A stretch of DNA of 64,000 bases, from the NCBI GenBank assembly GCA_038240075.1, contig JBBSEC010000003.1, positions 5,753 to 69,752 of the forward strand, written 5' to 3'. The DNA comes from Acidimicrobiia bacterium. GTDB lineage: Bacteria; Actinomycetota; Acidimicrobiia; IMCC26256; PALSA-610. A program made the translations under genes and the position numbers. The notes below the pieces were generated by a model, which was not told where the DNA came from, did no database searches, and worked only from the letters and a program-made list of their open reading frames with translations. Positions 1 to 8,703 of the stretch are shown piece by piece (positions within the stretch are counted from its first letter, which is position 1; the number at the start of each line of letters is the position of its first letter).

Positions 1-199
1 CCACGATCGACTCGGTCGCGCCGGCGCCCTTGTCGCCGCCGTACCGGTTGGCCGTGTCGAAGAAGTTGATGCCGTGCTCGAGCGCGCGGTCCATGACGAC
101 GCCCGAATCGGTCTCGCTCGTCTGCGGACCGAAGTTCATCGTGCCCAGGCACAGCTCGCTGACCCGCAGCGCGGTACGTCCCAGTCGGCGGTACTTCAT
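1..199 (-). CDS. aldo/keto reductase, N-terminal part (gene continues beyond left edge)
   Basis: Reverse complement reads MKYRRLGRTALRVSELCLGTMNFGPQTSETDSGVVMDRALEHGINFFDTANRYGGDKGAGATESIV, a typical AKR N-terminus. ATG at 199-197. Absent from the ORF track because it is cut by the window edge. Confidence 0.8.
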   Translation of the reverse strand, partial: MKYRRLGRTALRVSELCLGTMNFGPQTSETDSGVVMDRALEHGINFFDTANRYGGDKGAGATESIV

Positions 200-273
200 T
201 CGCTTCTCCCTCTGTGCGCGGTCTGCGTCGACCCTATGCCGGGTGTGGGACTTGCCAGGCCGCGCCCGACTCG

Positions 274-300
274 CTAAAACTAAAGGCAACCTTACTTAAG
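274..300 (+). promoter_or_regulatory. AT-rich partly palindromic stretch upstream of the iron-uptake operon (possible metalloregulator site)
   Basis: CTAAAACTAAAGGCAACCTTACTTAAG is the only AT-rich stretch in the spacer. It lies just 5' of the AAGGAG RBS (298-303). It resembles a DtxR/IdeR-type box only loosely. Confidence 0.2.
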
Positions 301-309
301 GAGTGCGCC

Positions 310-2304
310 GTGCTTCCCACGTTCGTGATCGGCCTTCGAGAGGGTCTCGAGGCGTCGTTGATCGTCGGCATCATCGCGACGTTCCTCGGTCAGCAGGGTC
401 GACGGGACGCGTTGCGCTGGATGTGGGCCGGCGTGGTGGGCGCGGTGGTGCTCTGCAGCGCGGTGGCGATCGTGCTGCGGATCACCGAGGAGAACCTTCC
501 GCAGCGCCAGCAGGAGGGCCTCGAGACGGTCGTCGGCCTGGCCGCCGTCGCGATGGTGACGTGGATGATCGTGTGGATGCGCCGGCACGCACGGGGTTTG
601 AAGCACGATCTCGAGGGCAAGGCCGCGGCGGCACTGGCCGGCGGCTCCGTCGGGACCCTGGTGGTGATGGCGTTCCTCGCGGTGCTGCGTGAGGGATTCG
701 AAACCGCGGTGTTCCTACTGGCCGCGTTCCAGGGCTCGCGCGATCCGGGCGCCGCGGGAACCGGAGCCACGCTCGGCGTGCTCGTCGCGATCGTCATCGG
801 CATCGCGATCTACCGCGGTGGCCTGCGCATCAACCTCGAGAAGTTCTTCCGGTTCACCGGGTTCGTGCTCGTGCTCGTCGCCGCGGGCCTGGTCGCGACG
901 GCCGCGCACACCGCGCACGAAGCGGGCTGGCTCAACTTCGGACAGCACGAGGTGCTGAACCTGACCGGCTTCGTAGGCCCGGGCTCGGTCCGCTCCGCGT
1001 TGCTCACGGGCATGCTCGGCGTGCAGGTGCGGCCGGTCACGGTCGAGGTGTTGACCTATCTCGTGTATCTGATCCCCATGGCGGTGTTCGTGCTGTGGCC
1101 GTCACGCCGGCGCCCGGTCGACCGCACGGGCGGCAGCCGGATCGAGACAACGCGCGTCCCCACGCGCGACTCGGTCCCGACGCGTACCGCGGTGACCGTG
1201 TCGGCGATGGCCGCGGTGATCGCGGTCGCCGGTTGCGGATCGTCGGCGAGCTCGAAGCGCGGCGGGGCGGGCGTGAAGACGGTGGCTATCGAGTTGATCA
1301 AGGCCGGCTGCAGCCCGGCGAAGATCACGGTCCCCGCCGGACCGACGAAGTTCGAGGTAACGAACAAGAACGCCGACGCCATCACCGAGATGGAGATCCT
1401 CGATCAGGACCGAATCGTCGCCGAGGTGAAGAACGTGGCCGTCGGCCTCTCGGGATCGTTCTCGGTCACGTTGAAGCCGGGCAAGTTCACGCTGTCGTGC
1501 CCCGGCGGTACGACCGACGACGGCAAGGGAACGCTGACGGTCACGGGCACTGCCGTCGCGCTGACGGGCCCGAGTGCCGCCGAGCGCGCCGCGGCCGTCG
1601 GGCGCTACCGCGACTATCTCGTCGCCCAGTCGAAGCTGCTCGTGGCGAAGACGACCGTGTTCACGAGTGCCGTCGAGGCGGGCAACCTGGTGGCGGCCAG
1701 GGCCGCCTACGCGCCGGCGAGAGTGCCGTACGAGCGGATCGAGCCCGTCGCAGCGTCGTTCGGTAGCCTCGACTCCGCGATCGACGCACGGTCGAACGAC
1801 GTTCCCGTTGCGCAGTGGACGGGGTTCCACAAGATCGAGCAGGCGATGTACGCAACGGGCAACTTCGCAGGCATGGCTCCGGTCGCCAAGAAGCTCCTCT
1901 CCGACGTGAAACTGCTCGATGTGCTGGTGAGGCGAGTCGTACTCGAGCCGGCGACGATCGCCAACGGAGCGGTGGAGCTGTTGAACGAGGTCGGCACGTC
2001 GAAGATCACCGGTGAGGAAGAGCGCTACTCGCACATCGACCTCGTCGATCTCGCCGGGAACGTCGAAGGCTCGCAAGCCGCGTTCGATTCGGTCGCCGCG
2101 CTGCTGCCGGCGGACTCCCCGGTCACGAAGGCCCAGATCGATGCCCGGTTCGCGGCGATCGCGACGGCGTTGACGCCCTATCGCAGCGGCGACGGCTACA
2201 CGCTCTACACCGACCTCGCCGCCGCGCAAACCCGCGCGATCTCACTGACGATCGACGCGGCGGCCGAGCCGTTGTCGAAGGTCGCCGAGCAGATCGTCGC
2301 GTAA
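310..2304 (+). CDS. efeU-efeO: fused EfeU-like FTR1 iron permease + EfeO-like (cupredoxin + imelysin/M75) protein
   Basis: Track ORF 214..2304. GTG 310 follows AAGGAG at 298-303. The N-terminal polytopic part carries REGLE and REGFE motifs. It is followed by a signal/lipobox-like segment AVIAVAGC (Cys codon 1234-1236), a cupredoxin-like block and an HxxE (FHKIEQ) imelysin-like C-terminus. Confidence 0.85.
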   Translation: MLPTFVIGLREGLEASLIVGIIATFLGQQGRRDALRWMWAGVVGAVVLCSAVAIVLRITEENLPQRQQEGLETVVGLAAVAMVTWMIVWMRRHARGLKHDLEGKAAAALAGGSVGTLVVMAFLAVLREGFETAVFLLAAFQGSRDPGAAGTGATLGVLVAIVIGIAIYRGGLRINLEKFFRFTGFVLVLVAAGLVATAAHTAHEAGWLNFGQHEVLNLTGFVGPGSVRSALLTGMLGVQVRPVTVEVLTYLVYLIPMAVFVLWPSRRRPVDRTGGSRIETTRVPTRDSVPTRTAVTVSAMAAVIAVAGCGSSASSKRGGAGVKTVAIELIKAGCSPAKITVPAGPTKFEVTNKNADAITEMEILDQDRIVAEVKNVAVGLSGSFSVTLKPGKFTLSCPGGTTDDGKGTLTVTGTAVALTGPSAAERAAAVGRYRDYLVAQSKLLVAKTTVFTSAVEAGNLVAARAAYAPARVPYERIEPVAASFGSLDSAIDARSNDVPVAQWTGFHKIEQAMYATGNFAGMAPVAKKLLSDVKLLDVLVRRVVLEPATIANGAVELLNEVGTSKITGEEERYSHIDLVDLAGNVEGSQAAFDSVAALLPADSPVTKAQIDARFAAIATALTPYRSGDGYTLYTDLAAAQTRAISLTIDAAAEPLSKVAEQIVA

Positions 2305-3569
2305 TGGTCGAGTCCGAGCCGCCCACGAAGCCGGCGATCAGCCGGCGTCGCTTCGTCGGTGGCCTTGGCGCCGCGGGCGCGGTGGGCGTGGGTGCCGCGC
2401 TCGTCGGCAAGTCGGTGATCTGGACCGATTCCGACGGCTCCGACGCGACGACGAGCACCGCGCCGGCGGTCGATTTCTACGGCGCGCATCAAGCGGGCAT
2501 CGCGACGCCGGCCCAGGACCGGCTCCTGTTCGGAGCGTTCGACGTCACGAGTGCGAGCCGCGCGGATCTGGTTGCGCTGCTGAAGCAGTGGACGAGCGCG
2601 TGCGCTCATTTCGCAGGCGGTCGGCAGATTGGCCGCAACGACGTCGAGGCGGCGCCCCCGGACGACACGGGAGAGGCGCTCGATCTCGCTCCCGCGCGCC
2701 TCACGATGACCTTCGGGTTCGGACCGACGATGTTCGACGACCGCTTCGGGCTCTCCGGCAAGCGGCCCGCGGCGCTGATCGACCTTCCCGCGTTCGACCA
2801 CGACAACATCGATCCCGCGATCTCGGGCGGCGACATCGGCGTGCAGGTGTGCGCCGACGATCCGACGGTCGCGTTCCACGCGCTACGCAACCTCACGCGG
2901 ATCGGCAAGGGCGTGGTCGGCCTGCGGTGGACGCAGCTCGGGTTCGGCCGCACCTCGAGCACGAGTGCGAGTCAGGAAACGCCCCGCAACCTGATGGGGT
3001 TCAAAGACGGCACCAACAACGTCGCGGGCGACAACCGTGCGCTCATGGAGTCGCAGGTGTGGGTCGGGCCCAGCGATCAACCGGCGTGGATGCGGGGTGG
3101 TTCCTACCTCGTCGCGCGCCGGATCCGGATGCGTATCGAGCAGTGGGACCGTGACTTCCTCGGCGATCAGGAGAACGTGATCGGACGAATCAAGTCGACG
3201 GGCGCGCCACTCGGCCGGCTCCACGAACGCGATCTGGTTCCTCTTGAGGCAGCACACGCCGACGGATCGCTCGTCATCCCGCCCGACGCGCACATTCGGT
3301 TGGCCGCGCCGGCGACGAACGGGGGCGCGCACCTCCTGCGCCGCGGGTACTCGTTCACCGATGGGGTCAGCCCGGTGACCGCGGGGCTCGACGCCGGTCT
3401 CTTCTTCCTGGCCTACATGCGCGATCCGCGCAAGCAGTTCGTGCCGATCCAGAACCGGCTGGCTGCGAACGACGCGCTGAACGAGTACATCGAGCACGGG
3501 TCGACCGCCATCTTCGCGGTGCCGCCCGGAGTCGAGCACGGCGGCTACATCGGTGGAACACTCCTCTGA
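2304..3569 (+). CDS. efeB: Dyp-type peroxidase EfeB with Tat signal
   Basis: SRRRFVGGLGAAGAV twin-arginine leader and Dyp-like body. The ATG overlaps the TAA of the preceding gene (TAATG), consistent with an efeUOB operon. Confidence 0.9.
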   Translation: MVESEPPTKPAISRRRFVGGLGAAGAVGVGAALVGKSVIWTDSDGSDATTSTAPAVDFYGAHQAGIATPAQDRLLFGAFDVTSASRADLVALLKQWTSACAHFAGGRQIGRNDVEAAPPDDTGEALDLAPARLTMTFGFGPTMFDDRFGLSGKRPAALIDLPAFDHDNIDPAISGGDIGVQVCADDPTVAFHALRNLTRIGKGVVGLRWTQLGFGRTSSTSASQETPRNLMGFKDGTNNVAGDNRALMESQVWVGPSDQPAWMRGGSYLVARRIRMRIEQWDRDFLGDQENVIGRIKSTGAPLGRLHERDLVPLEAAHADGSLVIPPDAHIRLAAPATNGGAHLLRRGYSFTDGVSPVTAGLDAGLFFLAYMRDPRKQFVPIQNRLAANDALNEYIEHGSTAIFAVPPGVEHGGYIGGTLL

Positions 3570-3640
3570 GCAGCCGCAGCGAGGGCGAGCAGTGCGGCAC
3601 ATGACGGTGAGGCGCATGCGGATGCGACCATGAGGCGGGC
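3570..3640 (+). repeat. family-1 intergenic module, copy A (diverged)
   Basis: GCAGCCGCAGCGAGGGCGAGCAGTGCGGCACATGACGGTGAGGCGCATGCGGATGCGACCATGAGGCGGGC aligns with the copies at 5859, 12443, 12515 and 36751. It fills the whole efeB-stop to next-ATG spacer. Confidence 0.6.
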
Positions 3641-4021
3641 ATGAAGAAGAGTGATGCGCTCGCACGCGTGCGCAAGATCTGTATGGCCTTCCCGGCGACG
3701 GAGGAGCGTCTGAGTCACGGCGCACCGACGTTCTTCGCGGGGGGCAAGAAGACCTTCGTCATGTTCCTCGACGATCACCACGGCGACGGCCGCCTCGCCA
3801 TCTGGTGCAGCGCTCCGCCCGGGATCCAGGCGACGCTCGTCGACGAGGAGCCCACGCGCTTCTTCGTGCCGGCCTATGTCGGCACCCGGGGCTGGGTCGG
3901 CGTGCGCCTCGATATCGATGTCGATTGGGACGAGGTCGCCGGCATCATCGACGACGGGTTCCGCGAAGTTGCGACGAAGCGCCTGATCGCCGAGCATGAG
4001 CAGAGCAGACGCACGAAATGA
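3641..4021 (+). CDS. MmcQ/YjbR-family protein
   Basis: 126 aa. KICMAFPATEERLSHGAPTFF...RGWVGVRLD pattern typical of the YjbR/MmcQ fold. Confidence 0.8.
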   Translation: MKKSDALARVRKICMAFPATEERLSHGAPTFFAGGKKTFVMFLDDHHGDGRLAIWCSAPPGIQATLVDEEPTRFFVPAYVGTRGWVGVRLDIDVDWDEVAGIIDDGFREVATKRLIAEHEQSRRTK

Positions 4022-4524
4022 CGGAGGACGGCATGGCGGCGCAACCAATGGGCCACGGGGTGAAGCAGCGCGACGTCATCAAGATGTCCGACGCGGAGGT
4101 GGATGGGTTTCTTCGTGACGGGCGCACCATGTCGTTCGCGACGATGAACCACGACGCGACGATCCACGTCGTGGCGATGTGGTACGGATTTCTCGAAGGA
4201 GCGATCGCGTTCGAGACGAAGGCGAAGTCGCAGAAGGTGCGCAATCTGCTGCGCAATCCGACCATCACGTGCATGGTCGAAGACGGCACGACGTATGAGG
4301 AGCTTCGCGGCGTCGAGCTCGTTGGCACCGCCGAGATCATCGACGACCCCGAGCGGATGTACGAGCTCGGGATCAGCGTCTTCGAGCGGTATCAAGGGCC
4401 GTACAGCGAAGAGATGCGCCCGTTCGTCGAGGTCATGCTCAACAAGCGCGTCGTCGTGAAGATCGCGGTCGACCGCGCCGTCTCCTGGGACCACCGCAAG
4501 CTCGGCCTGCCGCCCACGGCTTGA
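4018..4524 (+). CDS. pyridoxamine 5'-phosphate oxidase-like (PPOX-class, probably F420/FMN-dependent) protein
   Basis: 168 aa. PPOX-like split-barrel sequence (MSFATMNHDATIHVVAMWY...). ATGA overlap with the previous gene. Confidence 0.8.
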   Translation: MTEDGMAAQPMGHGVKQRDVIKMSDAEVDGFLRDGRTMSFATMNHDATIHVVAMWYGFLEGAIAFETKAKSQKVRNLLRNPTITCMVEDGTTYEELRGVELVGTAEIIDDPERMYELGISVFERYQGPYSEEMRPFVEVMLNKRVVVKIAVDRAVSWDHRKLGLPPTA

Positions 4525-5852
4525 GCGCCCCGCCGAGTCCGCTGCCTGCAATCGCGCCGGGGCCGCCGGCCGCGACCATCACGTTTCCGTGGGACGACGC
4601 CGGCGCGCCCGACCCGGTCGCGGCGCTCACCGCCGCGCGTGCCGAGCTCGGCGACACGTTCGTCGTCGACTCGGGTCCCGACCGCTACCTGTTCGTGTTC
4701 GGCGGTGTCGCGCTCACGAACTTCTACGCGCTCCCCGAACGGATCGCGAGCAAGGGCCTCGCCGACTACCGCATGTTGTTGCGCAAGCTGCCCGACGAGC
4801 TGTTCCTCGGCCGGCGCACCTACGCGCACGACTTGTTCGGCGTGCAGGAGGTCGAGGGATACCTCGATCACCTCGATCTCGCGGTCGACCGGCAGATCGC
4901 CGAGCTCGGCGACGCAGGAACCTTCGACGCGTTCGCGTTGGCGCGCCGCCTCGGCCACCGTCTTGCCCTCGGCTGCTGGATGGGCGACGCCGCGGCCGCG
5001 CCTCCGCAGCTCGACACGCTCATCGCCGACCTCGAGTGTCTCGATGGCGCGGAGGCGTTCGTGAACCCGGAACGCATGGCCGGCCGCGACGGAGTCAAGG
5101 CCGTCGAGCGCGCCGCGCTCGCTCGCATCGAGTCGGTGGTTGCGTCGCGTCTCGCGAGCGCGGAGAGCCGCGATCCGGACCCCGATGGCTTTTTCGGTGA
5201 GATCGCACACCGCTGGGACGACGTCGACGCTTCGGAGCGGGTTCGCGGCGTGACCGGCGACGTCGTGCTGCTGCACGTGGCGACGATGACGAATCTCTTC
5301 GCGGCGCTGGGATGGACCCTGTCCCTCGTGCTGCTCGACGAGCGCGTCCGCGCGCGGGTCGAGGCCGGAGCCGACCGTGCCTACCTCGACCGCTGCGCGC
5401 TCGAAGCGATCCGGATCGGACAGCGCTCGATCATGCTGCGGTCAGTCTTGAAGCCGTGCGACTTCGACGACGGCACCGCGAGCTTTCACCTCGATCCTGG
5501 AGTGCTCCTCGCGACCATGCTCCCGCTCACGAACACGACGGCCCTGGCCGGCCTCGCCGACTTCGATCCCGATCGCTGGGACGGTCGCCGCCTGCGCGAG
5601 GCCGACGAGCTCGACGCGAAGGAGGTCGTCACCACCTTCGGGCACGGTGGTCATCGCTGTCCGGCGCAACGGTTCTCCCTGTCGGCGATCGACCGCGCGG
5701 GCGAGCGGCTCTTCGCGACCTTCGAGCTGCGGCCGCGCTTCGATTCGGTGCGCCCGATCCCGTCACAGATCGGGGGAGTGGCGCGCGCGGCCGACCCGTG
5801 TCCTGTCGACTACGTCCGCAGGCCCGCCGGTACTCTGCGCCCAGTCATTTAG
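4521..5852 (+). CDS. cytochrome P450
   Basis: Heme-thiolate loop FGHGGHRCPAQ near the C-terminus. TTG start overlaps the upstream TGA. Confidence 0.9.
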   Translation: MSAPPSPLPAIAPGPPAATITFPWDDAGAPDPVAALTAARAELGDTFVVDSGPDRYLFVFGGVALTNFYALPERIASKGLADYRMLLRKLPDELFLGRRTYAHDLFGVQEVEGYLDHLDLAVDRQIAELGDAGTFDAFALARRLGHRLALGCWMGDAAAAPPQLDTLIADLECLDGAEAFVNPERMAGRDGVKAVERAALARIESVVASRLASAESRDPDPDGFFGEIAHRWDDVDASERVRGVTGDVVLLHVATMTNLFAALGWTLSLVLLDERVRARVEAGADRAYLDRCALEAIRIGQRSIMLRSVLKPCDFDDGTASFHLDPGVLLATMLPLTNTTALAGLADFDPDRWDGRRLREADELDAKEVVTTFGHGGHRCPAQRFSLSAIDRAGERLFATFELRPRFDSVRPIPSQIGGVARAADPCPVDYVRRPAGTLRPVI

Positions 5853-5858
5853 GGGGCC

Positions 5859-5938
5859 GGAGCAGGCGCAGCCGGCGTGACGAGCGCGACGCGAGACGGC
5901 GAAGCGCATGCGGATGCGACAATGGGAGCGGGGGTTCT
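5859..5938 (+). repeat. family-1 intergenic module, copy B
   Basis: GGAGCAGGCGCAGCCGGCGTGACGAGCGCGACGCGAGACGGCGAAGCGCATGCGGATGCGACAATG... starts 6 nt after the P450 TAG and runs to the ATG at 5939. Confidence 0.7.
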
Positions 5939-7030
5939 ATGGCCGACGAGATCGAGTTCGAGACACCGTGGCGGCGTGACCTCGGCGAGCTGGGGACCGC
6001 GCTCGGTACCTGGGTCGCCGAAACCGTCGGGCCCGACGCGACCGTCGTCGACGTCGCATCGCCGGGCAACGGCATGTCGAGCGAGACGGTGTTGTTCGCG
6101 GTGCGTTCGGGTCGCGAGCTCGATCACTACGCGGCCCGCCTCGCGCCGCTCCCCGAGCTCTATCCGGTCTTCCCGCAGTACGACCTCGAGTTGCAGCGCC
6201 GGTGCATGGACCTGGTGCGCGCGCACACCGACGTTCCTGCGCCCGAGGTCGTCTGGAGCGTGGCCGACCCGAAGTGGCTGGGCACGCCGTTTCTCGTGAT
6301 GCGCCGCATCGACGGCGAGTCGCCGCCCGACATCCCTCCGTACGTCTTCGGCGGCTGGATGATGGACGCCACCCCTGAGGAGCGCGCGCAGCTCCAGAAC
6401 AGCTCGGTGAGTGTGATCGCGCGTCTGCACGAGATCACGCCGGCGAGTCACGACCTCGCGTTTCTCACGCAACCCGAGCACGGCACCTCCGCGCTCGATC
6501 AACAGCTCGGCTACCAGCGTTGGTACTACGAGTGGGCGCGCGACGGGGTCACGTACCCGTTGATCGAGGCGACGCTCGCGTGGCTCGACGCGAACCGCCC
6601 CGACGAAGGACCGACCGTCCTCAATTGGGGCGATGCGCGCATCGGCAACATGCTCTACCGCGATTTCGAACCCGTCGCCGTGCTCGACTGGGAGATGGCG
6701 ACCGTCGGTCCCGCCGAGATCGACATCGCGTGGATGGTGTTCCTGCACAGCTTCTTCAACGATCTCGCGCAGAAGTTCGAGCTTCCCGGCATCCCCGACT
6801 TCATGCAGCGTGACGACGTCGCGCGCACCTACGAGCAGATGACGGGCCGCGCGGTCGGCCCGCTCGAGTGGTTCGAGGTCTTCGCGGCGCTGCGCTTCGC
6901 CGTCGTCTCGATCCGCACGAGCACGCGTGGCATCGCCTACGGGACGATGGAGAAGCCCGACGACCCCGACGATCTCGTGATGTTCCGCAGCCTCCTCGAG
7001 CAGATGCTCGACGGCAGCTACTGGCAGTAA
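5939..7030 (+). CDS. phosphotransferase (APH/choline-kinase-like) family protein
   Basis: In frame with track ORF 5312..7030. The ATG at 5939 gives MADEIEFETPW... Kinase-like motifs LNWGDARIGNML and VLDWEMATVG are present. The upstream Arg/Pro-rich extension looks non-coding. Confidence 0.85.
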   Translation: MADEIEFETPWRRDLGELGTALGTWVAETVGPDATVVDVASPGNGMSSETVLFAVRSGRELDHYAARLAPLPELYPVFPQYDLELQRRCMDLVRAHTDVPAPEVVWSVADPKWLGTPFLVMRRIDGESPPDIPPYVFGGWMMDATPEERAQLQNSSVSVIARLHEITPASHDLAFLTQPEHGTSALDQQLGYQRWYYEWARDGVTYPLIEATLAWLDANRPDEGPTVLNWGDARIGNMLYRDFEPVAVLDWEMATVGPAEIDIAWMVFLHSFFNDLAQKFELPGIPDFMQRDDVARTYEQMTGRAVGPLEWFEVFAALRFAVVSIRTSTRGIAYGTMEKPDDPDDLVMFRSLLEQMLDGSYWQ

Positions 7031-7032
7031 CA

Positions 7033-7881
7033 GTGGGAAAGCGCTTCGCGGGTCGCAATGTGATCGTCACCGGTGGCAGCCGCGGCATCGGCGCGGCGCT
7101 GGCCGAGCGGCTCGCGGCCGAGGGCGCGTCGGTCGTGATCGCGGCGCGCACGCTCGAGCGGCACGATCATCTCGCCGGCAGCCTGAACGAGACCGTCGAA
7201 CGCTGCCGGCGATACGGCACGACGGTCGAGGCCGTCGTCGCCGATCTCGCCGACGACACGAGTCGCGCCGCGATCGTTCCGCGCGCCCTCGACGTGTTCG
7301 ACGGGCGGGTCGACATCCTCGTGAACAACGCGGCCGCGGCCGTTTACCAGTCGACGCTCGGCTACTCGTTGCGACGCCGCCGCGTGATGTTCGAGGTGAA
7401 CGTCGAGGCGCCGATCGATCTCACGCAGGCGGTCGTGCCGTCGATGACCGAGCGAGGTGAGGGTTGGATCGTGAACGTCTCGAGCGCGACGGCCCGCCAC
7501 GCGCCCGGCCCGCCGTACCGCACCGGCGGGGTGCATTCCGTCATCGGTGTCTACGGAGCGACGAAGGCCGCGCTCAACCGCATCACCCACGCGTTCGCGG
7601 TGGAGCTGTTCGGAACCGGGATCCGCATCAACACGATCGAGCCCCGCGCCGCGGTGATGAGCGAAGGCGCCGAGGCGCTCGTCGGCGGGATGGTCGGCGA
7701 CGAGTCGATCGAGTCGATGGAGGCGATGGTCGAGGGCACGCTCGTGCTGTGCGACTGCCCCGTCGAGCGCACCGGCGGTGTGCACGTGAGCCTCGACCTG
7801 CTCGACGATCTCGGCCTCACGGTGATGACGATCGACGGATCCGCGCCGTACCCTGGCGGCCAGCGGGTGGTGCGCACATGA
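7033..7881 (+). CDS. SDR family oxidoreductase
   Basis: GTG 7033 gives VGKRFAGRNVIVTGGSRGIGAA (TGxxxGxG). YGATKAAL catalytic YxxxK is present. Confidence 0.85.
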   Translation: MGKRFAGRNVIVTGGSRGIGAALAERLAAEGASVVIAARTLERHDHLAGSLNETVERCRRYGTTVEAVVADLADDTSRAAIVPRALDVFDGRVDILVNNAAAAVYQSTLGYSLRRRRVMFEVNVEAPIDLTQAVVPSMTERGEGWIVNVSSATARHAPGPPYRTGGVHSVIGVYGATKAALNRITHAFAVELFGTGIRINTIEPRAAVMSEGAEALVGGMVGDESIESMEAMVEGTLVLCDCPVERTGGVHVSLDLLDDLGLTVMTIDGSAPYPGGQRVVRT

Positions 7882-8699
7882 TCAGACGGCTCTACAAGAA
7901 TCTCGGTGTCTACGAAGGCAAGGCTCCCGACGCGAGCGCGCAGCTCGAACGCGACGGCTGGGCGTGGCTCCCGTGGGTCTTCGATCGCGACGAGGTCGAC
8001 GCGATGAAGGCCGAGATCGACCGCGTGTTCGACGCGTACCCGGCCGAGCGCGGCCGCGACGACGCCGAAGAGTTCCGTTACGAGATGTTCAACCGCAGCC
8101 CCGCGTGCCAACGCGCGATCGGCGCGCCCCGCATCCTCGAGGCCGTCGAGCCGCTGCTCGGCGACGACTGTCACGTGATCGCCAACACCGCGTGGAAGAA
8201 CCCCCCCGATTTCAAGGGCGGTCCGTGGCACTGCGATGCCGGCCCGCACGTCCCCCGACCCGAGGACGTCGAGTGGGACGACCGCATCCCGTACCCGGTG
8301 TTCGCGGTCGCCGCGCACATCATGCTCGACGACTGCCGGCTCGAAGACGGCCCCACGGCGGTCATTCCCGGCAGCCACCGCTCCGGACGCCTGGCGCCGT
8401 TCGACCGCATGTACGACGAGAACCTCACCTACGACGGCCGACCGCCACGCGTCTTCGAGGTGTGGGCCGGAGACGTCGTGCTCTTCGTCTCCGACGCGTG
8501 GCACCGCGGCCTCCCCGCACGCGAGGGCGGTCGCGGACGGTTCTTCCTCCAGTCGCACTACGCCCGCCGCGACATCGCGCAGCGGGTCCAGGCGACCGAC
8601 CGCACGAACCACTGCTCGCCCGAGGCCATCTCCCGCGCCGCGTCACCCCGCGAGCGCAAGCTCATCGGTCTCCACGAACCGTTCTTCTACGACGGCTGA
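7878..8699 (+). CDS. phytanoyl-CoA dioxygenase (PhyH) family Fe(II)/2-oxoglutarate oxygenase
   Basis: ATG 7878 (ATGA overlap with the SDR) gives MIRRLYKNLGV... PhyH-like body (WHCDAG...IPGSHR). Confidence 0.8.
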   Translation: MIRRLYKNLGVYEGKAPDASAQLERDGWAWLPWVFDRDEVDAMKAEIDRVFDAYPAERGRDDAEEFRYEMFNRSPACQRAIGAPRILEAVEPLLGDDCHVIANTAWKNPPDFKGGPWHCDAGPHVPRPEDVEWDDRIPYPVFAVAAHIMLDDCRLEDGPTAVIPGSHRSGRLAPFDRMYDENLTYDGRPPRVFEVWAGDVVLFVSDAWHRGLPAREGGRGRFFLQSHYARRDIAQRVQATDRTNHCSPEAISRAASPRERKLIGLHEPFFYDG

Positions 8700-8703
8700 T
8701 CCG

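Noticed and set aside
274-300. An IdeR/DtxR iron box upstream of efeU-efeO-efeB.
   Set aside because: It matches the TWAGGTWAGSCTWACCTWA consensus only if a 1-nt deletion is allowed, and then about 5 of 8 positions match in the left half. It is kept only as a low-confidence AT-rich site.
5312-5938. Upstream extensions offered by the ORF track for the kinase-like gene (5312), the SDR (6868), the PhyH gene (7464), the ligase (36534) and others.
   Set aside because: The extensions are Arg/Pro-rich and overlap the preceding gene. Internal ATG or GTG codons give canonical family N-termini, often with stop/start overlaps or an SD-like sequence.
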